Part shown: positions 1-8,008 of the stretch, piece by piece | How positions within the stretch are numbered: the stretch's first letter is position 1 | Layout of the letters: each line of letters begins with the position of its first letter | Translations under genes and position numbers: made by a program | Source: Phapecoctavirus DIJ07P2 | Reading direction: 5' to 3' (one strand) | Sequence record: OZ035771.1 | Length of the DNA: 64,000 nt | The notes under the pieces: generated by a model | Database searches by the model: none | What the model was told of the DNA's origin: nothing | What the model saw: only the letters and a program-made list of their open reading frames with translations

Positions 1-49
1 TATTGCCAATAGTAGTGATCGCCGTATCAAAGAACAGAATAGCCGCAAT

Positions 50-265
50 GTGTTTACTATGAGACAAGTTCAAGTGTGGCAGTTCCCCACTGTGAAGCAG
101 TGTAAAAATTCAGAAAAGTATTGCAAAAAGGTGTTAGACACAGAAGCAGTGAGCAAATATGCTATGCCAGACGGCTACACAGAAACAGTGGAGCTATCTT
201 GTCTGGCATCAATACAAAACATTTATAAACTTTATGGTGGAATATTACAGGAGGAAACATGTTAG
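50..265 (+). CDS. hypothetical protein (weak; start unclear)
   Basis: 71-aa track ORF, no recognisable motif, overlaps next ORF. Confidence 0.3.
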   Translation: MFTMRQVQVWQFPTVKQCKNSEKYCKKVLDTEAVSKYAMPDGYTETVELSCLASIQNIYKLYGGILQEETC

Positions 266-624
266 TTGACGTTCAAATTATGCGCAACGAAAGAATGGAC
301 TTCTTTGAAGCAGTAGAGAAACATCTGATCAGATGGGACTATGAATTTGTTCCTGCTGGATGTGGACCAGTAGAGCATTTAGCGGAAGACGACGATGTAT
401 ACATGATCATTCGTCAAGTGTACCAGACAGACCAGTGTGAAGAAACTCCCGAACTGATTTTGTTTGAGTGTAAAGATCTTGCAAAATATTTTGACTATGG
501 CGGAAAAGAGGGTCATAATCTCTCCAGATACAATAAACGTCTACTTATCTTAGACTACATGCGGAACAATAAACACAAACTCATCGACGCAGACGCAGTT
601 TATGGCTACTGGTGGATGGATTAA
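259..624 (+). CDS. hypothetical protein
   Basis: 121-aa ORF; AGGAGG upstream of ATG. Confidence 0.55.
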   Translation: MLVDVQIMRNERMDFFEAVEKHLIRWDYEFVPAGCGPVEHLAEDDDVYMIIRQVYQTDQCEETPELILFECKDLAKYFDYGGKEGHNLSRYNKRLLILDYMRNNKHKLIDADAVYGYWWMD

Positions 625-637
625 CAAAGGAGAAACT

Positions 638-817
638 ATGGCACGTTTAGCAGACCATGAAATCTTTAAACCTATTCTGAACCACTATGATGAACTTAAA
701 GCAGTGTTGGATTGTTATAGAGAGGATGAAGAACGTTTGGAAGTCAATCTTAAGATAGTTCTGATGAAAGCTTTTCAAGACGGGCAAGCTAAAGTTTTAG
801 AAGGCATGAAAAAATGA
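638..817 (+). CDS. hypothetical small protein (59 aa)
   Basis: track ORF 602..817 trimmed to ATG 638 preceded by AAGGAG; stop overlaps next start. Confidence 0.5.
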   Translation: MARLADHEIFKPILNHYDELKAVLDCYREDEERLEVNLKIVLMKAFQDGQAKVLEGMKK

Positions 818-1356
818 GAATAACTGATGAATATGTATTCTTCTTTTCACATAAAGATGTGTTTAGTAATTGGTATATTGCACCCTTTACAGAAACTGAA
901 CCAGGTTACAATGAGACTTTCTGTTGTGTTGAGCAATATATGATGTGGCGTAAGGCTTTGCTGTTCAAGGATCATGCGATTGCAGCAGCTATCCTTGATC
1001 ACTCAACTATACGTGACAACGAGAGGAAACAAGCATACTACAAACGTATGGGTCGAGCGGTATCTGGTTTTAATAATGATATGTGGGAAGAGAACCGTGA
1101 GCGTATTGTTATGCGAGGTTTATGCTTGAAATATGTACAGAATCCAGATTTGTATGCAGACTTACACCTTTACCAATACAAAACGTTTGTTGAAGCAAGT
1201 CCTTACGATAAGGTTTACGGTATTGGAATGGGAATGTATGAACCAGGGGTGCTAAATCCGGTCAACTGGAAAGGGCAAAATCTTTTAGGTAAATATCATA
1301 ACAAACTGATCGAAATACTTTTCCCAGACAAAATACCGCAAAGACGATATTTGTGA
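814..1356 (+). CDS. NADAR (YbiA-like) domain protein
   Basis: N-terminal FFFSxxDxFSNWY and EQYMMWRKA motifs plus C-terminal YGIGMG...GQNLLGK resemble YbiA/NADAR proteins. Confidence 0.7.
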   Translation: MRITDEYVFFFSHKDVFSNWYIAPFTETEPGYNETFCCVEQYMMWRKALLFKDHAIAAAILDHSTIRDNERKQAYYKRMGRAVSGFNNDMWEENRERIVMRGLCLKYVQNPDLYADLHLYQYKTFVEASPYDKVYGIGMGMYEPGVLNPVNWKGQNLLGKYHNKLIEILFPDKIPQRRYL

Positions 1357-1412
1357 TATTTTAACTTTTTTCATTTTTAGAACAAAGGTGTCACTTTGTA
1401 GCACAGAAATAA

Positions 1413-1447
1413 GGCTCCTACAGCACCGTAGAGAGCCTATTATTTTG
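1413..1447 (+). terminator. rho-independent terminator after NADAR gene
   Basis: nested hairpin GGCTC-CTAC..GTAG-GAGCC followed by T-rich tract. Confidence 0.5.
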
Positions 1448-1598
1448 TCCTATACAAACCCTTGTCTTTTTCAGTTTGCATCACTAGGATTCGATCTGAG
1501 TGGGTTCCTGAAGGTCTGCCAATAAGATTAAAGGTTATCTCAAATTCCCACTACCTATTATCTCAAAAATCCCTCAAATTATTTAAACTTTTTAAGAA

Positions 1599-1784
1599 TT
1601 TACAAAAGTGAAAGTTGAAAACCAAAATTTAAAGTTTAGGAAAATTATCTTAAAATGTCAGATACAAAACAAAACTCAAAAGTCAAGGAAAATTTTAAAA
1701 ATTTTGCGCGCCCACAGTATTTAAAGTTTTTTTGCTTTTACAAAAATGAAAGTACAAAAGCAAAATTTAAAGTTTACAAAAATT
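1599..1784. repeat. two ~47-bp AT-rich direct repeats
   Basis: TTACAAAAGTGAAAGTTGAAAACCAAAATTTAAAGTTTAGGAAAATT (1599-1646) vs TTACAAAAATGAAAGTACAAAAGCAAAATTTAAAGTTTACAAAAATT (1737-1784). Confidence 0.55.
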
Positions 1785-1796
1785 TATGCAGATGGG

Positions 1797-1899
1797 AATG
1801 AGAAGAGTTCTCATATGGAAATGCAAATGATAATGATTCGCATTTAGGTTTATAAATGAGATTGATTCTTATTTGATAAGGTAAATGATAATCATTCTC
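1797..1899. promoter_or_regulatory. Fur-box-like operator cluster (two 19-mers plus a palindrome)
   Basis: GCAAATGATAATGATTCGC (1823-1841) and GTAAATGATAATCATTCTC (1881-1899) match GATAATGATAATCATTATC at 14/19 and 16/19; palindrome ATGAGAAgagTTCTCAT at ~1797-1814. Confidence 0.4.
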
Positions 1900-2161
1900 A
1901 TTTAGAGAATGACGCGCAGGGGCGGTGTTTGTCTCGCGCTCCCGTGTCCCCTCGCCATGTAATAAGAATAACAGATCCAGCCAGGAAAGCAAGCGATTAT
2001 TTTATCTTTACATTTCTTTACAAATATATAGCGCCCAGCCTACCGGCGATCAACCTTCCAACCAGCGCCCTGGTATGTTAGCCCCGCCTTTACGCCGTGG
2101 GGGTGGCGCTTCCTCTTCTGTATGTAAAACAGTATAAGCCCGATCCCTGGGCTTGTCAAGA

Positions 2162-2428
2162 TTATTTTTTGTTTTCTTGCCAGGTTAGGACACCTAGCCA
2201 AAAATGAATATCACCTTTTCCCCAATGTGGTATATTGCTTTCTTTCCCACCTTCACGCGCCCAGGTAAAACCGCCCGTGTAACTTTGTAATTGATAACTA
2301 TCCTCGACCTTATAATCTGATAGGTTGAGAACTGTTTCAACCTTTAAGCCCGTTGCGCTTGCTACCTGGTGCACCGTGCCGCCTTGCCAGCCCAATGAGT
2401 GCATAAGGTGTAATGTAGTATTTGTCAT
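2162..2428 (-). CDS. hypothetical protein in GC-rich island
   Basis: 88-aa minus ORF with AAGGG RBS-like sequence; local GC content visibly higher than surroundings. Confidence 0.35.
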   Translation of the reverse strand: MTNTTLHLMHSLGWQGGTVHQVASATGLKVETVLNLSDYKVEDSYQLQSYTGGFTWAREGGKESNIPHWGKGDIHFWLGVLTWQENKK

Positions 2429-2537
2429 GGTGTCGCCCTTTCTTTGTTGTGCGCCCTGGTTGGCGCGGTAGAAAGATGATAGCCCTTTCCTTTATATATA
2501 GCAAGCAAAAAGAAAATAAAAAAGATTGAAAAAGTGA

Positions 2538-2595
2538 TTGACGTTCGCCAGGTGGCGGCATAATATTTACCACGTAGGGCGGCAATGGTGCCGCT
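2538..2595 (+). promoter_or_regulatory. early promoter / 5' hairpin cassette 1
   Basis: -35 TTGACG 2538, 17-nt spacer, -10 TAATAT 2561, CACGTAGGGCGG box, stem GCGGC/GCCGC 2578-2595. Confidence 0.6.
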
Positions 2596-2615
2596 CATTA
2601 TTTGGAATTAAGATC

Positions 2616-2813
2616 ATGGCAACATTGCACATTGTGGCGAAAGCTGGACAAATCAACGTAGTAGTAAACGGTTTTACTGAGTTCAGTCATCCCCAGGATG
2701 ATCATGAAACGGTTTTATCTTTCATTGATTCACTGTTAGAAATGGGAGTCATTACAGAAGACCAGCACGCTACAAAATGCAAACGCGTTAATCAGATTGC
2801 AGGAATAGAATAA
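2616..2813 (+). CDS. hypothetical small protein (65 aa)
   Basis: track ORF 2538..2813 trimmed to ATG 2616 downstream of the cassette. Confidence 0.55.
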   Translation: MATLHIVAKAGQINVVVNGFTEFSHPQDDHETVLSFIDSLLEMGVITEDQHATKCKRVNQIAGIE

Positions 2814-2819
2814 AAAGTA

Positions 2820-2878
2820 TTGACAACAACCAACAACCTGATAAGATGTATCACATAAGGCGGGAAATGGTTTCCCGC
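2820..2878 (+). promoter_or_regulatory. early promoter / 5' hairpin cassette 2
   Basis: -35 TTGACA 2820, -10 TAAGAT 2842, CACATAAGGCGGG box, stem GCGGGA/TCCCGC 2860-2878. Confidence 0.6.
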
Positions 2879-2902
2879 TCACAACAGAAGAGAGAAATCA
2901 TC

Positions 2903-3175
2903 ATGGCATCATATAGCGCAACAATGATCGTAGCTGGTACCACTGGTAAACCTATGAGCGGTGGCGGATCTTTCGCTAATATTAATATTGATGGGCGTTT
3001 ATCCCTGGACGCAGCGATCACCGTGGCGCGGGAAACATTTAAGAAAGAATGTGATTTCAACAAGCAAGATTATTTAGGTTTTGCTATTGAAAAAACGGCG
3101 CGTTTTGTTGATTATAAAAGTCCGAAAATGGTTGATACTACACTAAAAGCGCAAGATGTAGCCTTTTTGCTTTAA
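2903..3175 (+). CDS. hypothetical small protein (90 aa)
   Basis: ATG 2903 after conserved ACAACAGAAGAGAGAAATCATC leader; track ORF 2846..3175 trimmed. Confidence 0.6.
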   Translation: MASYSATMIVAGTTGKPMSGGGSFANINIDGRLSLDAAITVARETFKKECDFNKQDYLGFAIEKTARFVDYKSPKMVDTTLKAQDVAFLL

Positions 3176-3178
3176 GGC

Positions 3179-3233
3179 TTGACATTAACGAATAATTTGT
3201 TAATATGTTACATAAAGCGGGAACTATTCCCGC
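3179..3233 (+). promoter_or_regulatory. early promoter / 5' hairpin cassette 3
   Basis: -35 TTGACA 3179, -10 TAATAT 3201, stem GCGGGA/TCCCGC 3217-3233. Confidence 0.55.
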
Positions 3234-3251
3234 TATTTGTAAGGTGGTAGA

Positions 3252-3509
3252 ATGTTTTACATCAAATTAAAAGGTCACGTGATCGCGTTCAAGGATAACG
3301 CTTTTTACAGATTAGCAAAATATGCGTTAATACATCCCCATTATGTTTATATAAGGGGGCGTGATGAAATAAATATCTTTGATCAAACAACATGCGAGAA
3401 CATCGAGATCCGCAAGGTTGGCGTACGTGACTATCGTACATCTTTCTACCCTTGCAAGGATTCAGCAAGTCTTTTTAAAGTATGCCAATTGTTGAAAAAA
3501 GGTGGTTAA
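3252..3509 (+). CDS. hypothetical protein (85 aa)
   Basis: track ORF; GGTGG RBS. Confidence 0.6.
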   Translation: MFYIKLKGHVIAFKDNAFYRLAKYALIHPHYVYIRGRDEINIFDQTTCENIEIRKVGVRDYRTSFYPCKDSASLFKVCQLLKKGG

Positions 3510-3510
3510 T

Positions 3511-4068
3511 ATGGGCCGCGAATATGTGATCCAGTCTTGGGTAAAACATGAAGCAGATGATCCGCGCATCATTCCTGATTATCTTGTCGATGAATCCACG
3601 GGCTATAGCGGGGAGCAAATAGGTAACAGATTAGCACGTAGTAACGGCAACGTAAAAGCGCGTTATGTGCGCCCTGGCTGGCTGGCAAATGGTAACGCTG
3701 ATTTATCCAGTGCGGAAGATGCGAGCGACGGCGCGAAAGATAATCCTTTGTACAAAGTTGATCCGGCTTTTCGTGTCCTGGATGAATACCCCAGCAAGAT
3801 AGCGGCGCTCGATCAGGCCCTGGAAAGTAAGCGCATCACCTGGACCGCTTACAACATGGCAAAAAACGTACTTGATGGTAAATTGATTCAAGCTGAAAGA
3901 AAATTAGCCAAAATTGCAGCCATAGCCCAGGAGGAAGACGAGGAGACAACGGAAGAGGAAGAGTACGAAGAGATCCCGCCGTTGTTGTGTGTTGATGCTT
4001 TTCCTGATTATCAGCCGACAGAGGAAGAAAAAAGGATCGCACTAGAAAACTTTGAAAATAGTCTTTGA
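3511..4068 (+). CDS. hypothetical protein with acidic C-terminus (185 aa)
   Basis: track ORF 3502..4068 trimmed to ATG 3511 (AAGGTGG 5 nt upstream); C-terminal EEDEETTEEEEYEE. Confidence 0.55.
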   Translation: MGREYVIQSWVKHEADDPRIIPDYLVDESTGYSGEQIGNRLARSNGNVKARYVRPGWLANGNADLSSAEDASDGAKDNPLYKVDPAFRVLDEYPSKIAALDQALESKRITWTAYNMAKNVLDGKLIQAERKLAKIAAIAQEEDEETTEEEEYEEIPPLLCVDAFPDYQPTEEEKRIALENFENSL

Positions 4069-4122
4069 CATATCGCCGCCACTGGCATAATATTTACCAC
4101 GTAGGGCGGCAATGGTGCCGCT
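4065..4122 (+). promoter_or_regulatory. early promoter / 5' hairpin cassette 4
   Basis: -35 TTGACA 4065 overlapping previous stop, -10 TAATAT 4088, stem GCGGC/GCCGC. Confidence 0.6.
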
Positions 4123-4150
4123 CATAGTGAAATTATGCAAGAGGCTTACA

Positions 4151-4246
4151 ATGATTAATAAAGGAAATAGCTTGACGGTTGGAACGATTAACGCTATCAT
4201 TCTCGCCGTTCCATTTTGGGTTGTAGTAGCGGCTATTATTTTCTAA
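4151..4246 (+). CDS. hydrophobic micro-protein (31 aa, single TM helix)
   Basis: ATG 4151 after AGAGG; MINKGNSLTVGTINAIILAVPFWVVVAAIIF; below 60-aa track cutoff. Confidence 0.45.
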   Translation: MINKGNSLTVGTINAIILAVPFWVVVAAIIF

Positions 4247-4255
4247 AAAATATTC

Positions 4256-4316
4256 TTGACAACGTTTTTTAATCTGATAAGATGTATCACATAGGGCGGC
4301 GGAATACTTCCCCGCC
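4256..4316 (+). promoter_or_regulatory. early promoter / 5' hairpin cassette 5
   Basis: -35 TTGACA 4256, -10 TAAGAT 4278, stem GGCGGCGG/CCCCGCC. Confidence 0.6.
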
Positions 4317-4337
4317 AAAACAAAAAAGGGTAACACA

Positions 4338-4700
4338 ATGAGCAAGCAAATCAATACTATCATGTTTAATCTGGTATCTTTCCGCGATGATATGAAAAAT
4401 TTACCACGTGAAACGGTTGATATTCATGTTTCAGCTTATCGCGCCCTTATTGACATGTTACCGCTAAAACGTGATCAACATGCCGCTAATATGATGCTTA
4501 ATGCTATGCTTAAAAAGATGATTCAAACGGATCTCACCCTGGCATATGAGTATCAAGGGCGCTTATATGCAAATTACAACAGAGCGGTACCTGGTCTGGG
4601 AAGTACTGAAGAGTTGCACGGCTTAAACCTGGATCAAAACACTTGGGATAGTATGCGCCGCGTTATGGTATGGGCCGAAAGCGGTAAAATTTACGAATAA
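4338..4700 (+). CDS. hypothetical protein (120 aa)
   Basis: track ORF directly downstream of cassette 5. Confidence 0.6.
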   Translation: MSKQINTIMFNLVSFRDDMKNLPRETVDIHVSAYRALIDMLPLKRDQHAANMMLNAMLKKMIQTDLTLAYEYQGRLYANYNRAVPGLGSTEELHGLNLDQNTWDSMRRVMVWAESGKIYE

Positions 4701-4706
4701 AAACGG

Positions 4707-4763
4707 TTGACACTGTTTTTTATTCTGGTATAGTTTATCACGTAGGGCGGCAATGGTGCCGCC
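4707..4763 (+). promoter_or_regulatory. early promoter / 5' hairpin cassette 6
   Basis: -35 TTGACA 4707, -10 TATAGT 4729, stem GCGGC/GCCGC. Confidence 0.6.
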
Positions 4764-4783
4764 AACAATAAAAGGTTAACATC

Positions 4784-4963
4784 ATGACCATCATTGCAAA
4801 AACTGAGATTATAGGTTTAGATTCGATCCTCCTGGCTTATGAGGAAACTTTAAAAATGTATGTAGTGACCTATGGTGATTATGTGCGTGAATACGAATAC
4901 ATTGATCTTGCTTTCGAATGTTACATTCGCCAGGTCAATAAAGCCTATAACGATTATCGTTAA
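4784..4963 (+). CDS. hypothetical micro-protein (59 aa)
   Basis: ATG 4784 after AAAGG; 60 codons; below track cutoff. Confidence 0.5.
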   Translation: MTIIAKTEIIGLDSILLAYEETLKMYVVTYGDYVREYEYIDLAFECYIRQVNKAYNDYR

Positions 4964-4982
4964 AAGTTTTAGTCTTATACTA

Positions 4983-5034
4983 TTGACAATGAGTGATAGT
5001 ATAAGCATAATAACTTTTATCGGGAATACTTCCC
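4983..5034 (+). promoter_or_regulatory. early promoter / weak hairpin cassette 7
   Basis: -35 TTGACA 4983; short stem GGGAA/TTCCC 5021-5034. Confidence 0.45.
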
Positions 5035-5059
5035 ACTAACCAAAAAAGAGAGTAATATC

Positions 5060-5425
5060 ATGGCTATTAATATCAATGTTTCCTCTTATGCTACCCTGGC
5101 TGACACGGCTAAAATTGAATTATCCAGCATTGAGGCGGTGCATATTAGCGCCCGTCGTTGGTTTCAACAGTCCTACGGTAACACATATTTTTCTTTAATG
5201 GTTGACGTTGAGATCGGCGGTAAACTGATCGAGGTGGTTAACGTTCCGTTTCAATATGGTTATGGTGATCATTTTGATACCGTCGCCCTGGAAGAATTTA
5301 GCAAGGTTATTAATATGGAAGGTAAAGAGTTTTCACGCGGCGCGTATCTTTCCCGTTTTTGCCGTGATAATGGGATCACTGTATACAGTCATGCGAGCGA
5401 TGTTAAACGTAAAAAAGATTTATAA
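5060..5425 (+). CDS. hypothetical protein (121 aa)
   Basis: track ORF; conserved leader and ATG-GCT start. Confidence 0.6.
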   Translation: MAININVSSYATLADTAKIELSSIEAVHISARRWFQQSYGNTYFSLMVDVEIGGKLIEVVNVPFQYGYGDHFDTVALEEFSKVINMEGKEFSRGAYLSRFCRDNGITVYSHASDVKRKKDL

Positions 5426-5431
5426 AAAGCA

Positions 5432-5490
5432 TTGACAGCACGAATAAAAAGAGTAAACTGTATTACATAGAGAGCGGGAACACTTCCCGC
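5432..5490 (+). promoter_or_regulatory. early promoter / 5' hairpin cassette 8
   Basis: -35 TTGACA 5432, -10 TAAACT ~5455, stem GCGGGAA/TTCCCGC. Confidence 0.55.
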
Positions 5491-5515
5491 CTCACTGAAA
5501 AAAGAGATTAACATC

Positions 5516-5755
5516 ATGGCTAAATCAAAAATGTTCTTAGGTCACAAAAATAAAACTCATTGGAATGTAAGCCTTTGGATTAATAACGATGAATCGTTAT
5601 ATCGGTTGGCGAAAGAATTTATCGCCGCTAATACTAATCGTAATGATGCTGCCCGTGATATGATGTTATTCCTGGAACAAACTGGACAAGATAAAACTCC
5701 AGACGGTTTCAAGTATAGCACTACAGCGATCCGCGCCGCGATGGTTGGAATGTAA
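5516..5755 (+). CDS. hypothetical protein (79 aa)
   Basis: track ORF. Confidence 0.6.
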   Translation: MAKSKMFLGHKNKTHWNVSLWINNDESLYRLAKEFIAANTNRNDAARDMMLFLEQTGQDKTPDGFKYSTTAIRAAMVGM

Positions 5756-5768
5756 AGGAGATATAAAA

Positions 5769-5849
5769 ATGAAACATCGTTCTACCTATCTAACAAAACG
5801 TTTTAGCTTAGATCATAAATTGGGCTATTACGGAAGAAATAGAAAATAA
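5769..5849 (+). CDS. possible micro-ORF (26 aa)
   Basis: ATG 5769 with strong AAGGAG 7 nt upstream. Confidence 0.3.
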   Translation: MKHRSTYLTKRFSLDHKLGYYGRNRK

Positions 5850-5850
5850 T

Positions 5851-5910
5851 TTGACAACGTTTAAAATTAGTGTAAGATGTATCACATAGGGCGGGAAGTG
5901 GTTTCCCGCC
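5851..5910 (+). promoter_or_regulatory. early promoter / 5' hairpin cassette 9
   Basis: -35 TTGACA 5851, -10 TAAGAT 5873, stem GCGGGAA/TTCCCGC. Confidence 0.6.
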
Positions 5911-5932
5911 AACAACAGAGAGATTAAAGATT

Positions 5933-6160
5933 ATGGCTATCAATATTGTTCGCGTATCCGGCACCGTTGGCACTTCCCAAGTTATTGCAGTTGTAACAAA
6001 CAAAAAGATTAATGATGTATGTGAAAGCTTGAATAAGTGGGCTATTGTTAATTTTGGGGAATATGCAAGCGTCGAGTACATCGAATCCTACCAGGTGCCA
6101 ACCATCAGCCTAACCGATCTCAACGTTGATCGCTTGTTGTGCCTGGATGAATTAATCTGA
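5933..6160 (+). CDS. hypothetical protein (75 aa)
   Basis: track ORF. Confidence 0.6.
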   Translation: MAINIVRVSGTVGTSQVIAVVTNKKINDVCESLNKWAIVNFGEYASVEYIESYQVPTISLTDLNVDRLLCLDELI

Positions 6161-6170
6161 AAAAAGATTG

Positions 6171-6227
6171 TTGACACCGGAAAGAAAAAGAGTAGAATAT
6201 ATTACATAGGGCGGCAATGGTGCCGCT
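6171..6227 (+). promoter_or_regulatory. early promoter / 5' hairpin cassette 10
   Basis: -35 TTGACA 6171, -10 TAGAAT 6194, stem GCGGC/GCCGC. Confidence 0.6.
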
Positions 6228-6251
6228 CACAACAGAAGAGAGATTATCACG

Positions 6252-6467
6252 ATGGCTAATATCCGCACTTTACTGAAAAATGCAAGTCAAGTTTTATTTT
6301 CAGATGATGAGTATTTCAATAAAGACATTACAGGCGTGAAAAATTTAAAAGACGTGAAGGATGTTATCGGTATTCGTGGATCTTTACGTAAAGGTGACTA
6401 CTATGGTAACAAGGTGCAATATAAACTGTCAAAGGATTACAATTTTACTTTGACAATTATTTCATAA
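6252..6467 (+). CDS. hypothetical protein (71 aa)
   Basis: track ORF. Confidence 0.6.
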   Translation: MANIRTLLKNASQVLFSDDEYFNKDITGVKNLKDVKDVIGIRGSLRKGDYYGNKVQYKLSKDYNFTLTIIS

Positions 6468-6473
6468 AACCGC

Positions 6474-6536
6474 TTGCAATACTGCAAAAATAAAGTAAAC
6501 TGTATTCATCAAGGCGGTGGAATAGCCAACCGCCTA
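6474..6536 (+). promoter_or_regulatory. early promoter / 5' hairpin cassette 11
   Basis: -35 TTGCAA 6474, -10 TAAACT ~6497, stem AGGCGGT/ACCGCCT. Confidence 0.5.
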
Positions 6537-6558
6537 ACAAAGAGAAGAGGAAAACATC

Positions 6559-6726
6559 ATGATCACTTTCGCTACCCGTGAAGCCGCTCGCAACGTTGCA
6601 CGTAAAGTTAACGCCGCCAACCTGGGCGCTACGCTTAAAGCTCCGGTAAAAGATGAATCAGGCAAATGGATCTTCCCTGGTCTGCGTCATGCTGACAAGT
6701 TAGGTACTTTAAGCCTTAAAAAATAA
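6559..6726 (+). CDS. hypothetical basic micro-protein (55 aa)
   Basis: ATG 6559 after AGAGGAAAAC leader; below track cutoff. Confidence 0.5.
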   Translation: MITFATREAARNVARKVNAANLGATLKAPVKDESGKWIFPGLRHADKLGTLSLKK

Positions 6727-6729
6727 TCG

Positions 6730-6766
6730 TTGACTTTTCGTTATAGCGCCTTACAATGGGCGCTAT
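6730..6766 (+). promoter_or_regulatory. early promoter / hairpin cassette 12 (-10 inside the loop)
   Basis: -35 TTGACT 6730, -10 TACAAT 6752 lying in the loop of stem TAGCGCC/GGCGCTA. Confidence 0.45.
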
Positions 6767-6801
6767 AGAGAAGAGAAACCACTACTAACAAGGAAACCAT
6801 T

Positions 6802-7023
6802 ATGATCACTTTCGCTATTGTCGCCGTTGTTGCTGGTCAAGTTTACGTAAATGAGACATTTACTACAGAAGACAAGGCAGCAGGAGATATAACCGCCGTT
6901 TACAATGAGTGCAAGGCAGTAGAAAGGATGTTAGCGCCTTGTATGCTAATGAGTGAACGCCAGGACGGAATAACAGTATTTACTAACATTGGAACAGGGT
7001 ACCAAATGGTAGTAACAAAATAA
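6802..7023 (+). CDS. hypothetical protein (73 aa)
   Basis: track ORF. Confidence 0.55.
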   Translation: MITFAIVAVVAGQVYVNETFTTEDKAAGDITAVYNECKAVERMLAPCMLMSERQDGITVFTNIGTGYQMVVTK

Positions 7024-7026
7024 AGC

Positions 7027-7083
7027 TTGACACCGATTTAATTTTTAGTAAACTGTTACACGTAGGGCGGGAATAGTTCCCGC
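7027..7083 (+). promoter_or_regulatory. early promoter / 5' hairpin cassette 13
   Basis: -35 TTGACA 7027, -10 TAAACT 7049, stem GCGGGA/TCCCGC 7067-7083. Confidence 0.6.
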
Positions 7084-7102
7084 TCAAAAAGAGAGAAAGA
7101 TC

Positions 7103-7456
7103 ATGAAAGCACAAAATGCAATTAAAGAGTACATCCTTGCCGCTATCGGTTTTAATGATTACGGTATTACAACAGAAAAAGAGAAGATCGCGGAATTGAT
7201 GCGCCGTTTTAATTCCGAGTACTGGTACCCTGATAACCAATCACGTTTTAATTATAGTATTGTTAAAGCACTTGCATCATGGTTACAAGGTTTGCCATCA
7301 GATATTAATATCGCTTTCGAATATTGGGAAGTGGATCGCTTGTTAACATCCTGGGGATACATTAAAGAGAATAGCAGCGATGATAAAATCCAACGAGAAA
7401 GGGAAAATTATTGGCTTTATATTGCAGGCGTGATCCTTGCTTGCTCTTATGAATGA
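7103..7456 (+). CDS. hypothetical protein (117 aa)
   Basis: track ORF. Confidence 0.6.
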   Translation: MKAQNAIKEYILAAIGFNDYGITTEKEKIAELMRRFNSEYWYPDNQSRFNYSIVKALASWLQGLPSDINIAFEYWEVDRLLTSWGYIKENSSDDKIQRERENYWLYIAGVILACSYE

Positions 7457-7462
7457 TAAACC

Positions 7463-7516
7463 TTGACAATTTTACAAAACAGTTTAAATTAACAATATAG
7501 CGGCAATGGTGCCGCT
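7463..7516 (+). promoter_or_regulatory. early promoter / 5' hairpin cassette 14
   Basis: -35 TTGACA 7463; stem AGCGGC/GCCGCT 7499-7516. Confidence 0.5.
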
Positions 7517-7535
7517 CATATAAAGAGGAAACAAA

Positions 7536-7682
7536 ATGAATACATCTAATCGCGCAGAAAAAATTCAATCTTCCAAGATCCGCAAGGCCTGGAACGAGGA
7601 AGTGATCCGCAAAGGCGACAAGCGTAATAAAACAAAGCGCGGGAAGAGTGACAAATATAATTGGATGGATTTAGAGGATTAA
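7536..7682 (+). CDS. basic micro-protein (48 aa)
   Basis: ATG 7536 after AAGAGGAAAC; lysine/arginine-rich; below track cutoff. Confidence 0.5.
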   Translation: MNTSNRAEKIQSSKIRKAWNEEVIRKGDKRNKTKRGKSDKYNWMDLED

Positions 7683-7688
7683 CATAAC

Positions 7689-7716
7689 AAGGGCGCACCA
7701 AGCGCCCTTTCTTTTT
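7689..7716 (+). terminator. rho-independent terminator (conserved hairpin type, copy 1)
   Basis: AAGGGCGCACCAAGCGCCCTT followed by TCTTTTT. Confidence 0.6.
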
Positions 7717-7737
7717 ATATGCAGAGGATAAACAAAG

Positions 7738-7923
7738 ATGACTTTAAACGAGCTTAAAACAGCCTACAACGCAACATTAAAAATAGCCGTGCGTTACCGT
7801 GATGCGTATGGTTTTATCGCGCAGGGCGTGATCCTGGGCTTTTCTGACGATGGTTTGATCTATGTTGATGCACATCACAACAAGGTTAAACCTGAAAACG
7901 TCATTAATATAAAATATCTTTAA
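7738..7923 (+). CDS. hypothetical protein (61 aa)
   Basis: track ORF; AGAGGA RBS. Confidence 0.5.
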   Translation: MTLNELKTAYNATLKIAVRYRDAYGFIAQGVILGFSDDGLIYVDAHHNKVKPENVINIKYL

Positions 7924-7929
7924 AAATGG

Positions 7930-7988
7930 TTGACACCATAACCGGACCTGTTAAACTGTATTACATCAGGCGGGGAATAGTTCCCCAC
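7930..7988 (+). promoter_or_regulatory. early promoter / 5' hairpin cassette 15
   Basis: -35 TTGACA 7930, -10 TAAACT 7952, stem GGGG/CCCC. Confidence 0.5.
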
Positions 7989-8008
7989 CATACAAAAAGG
8001 TAAATATT

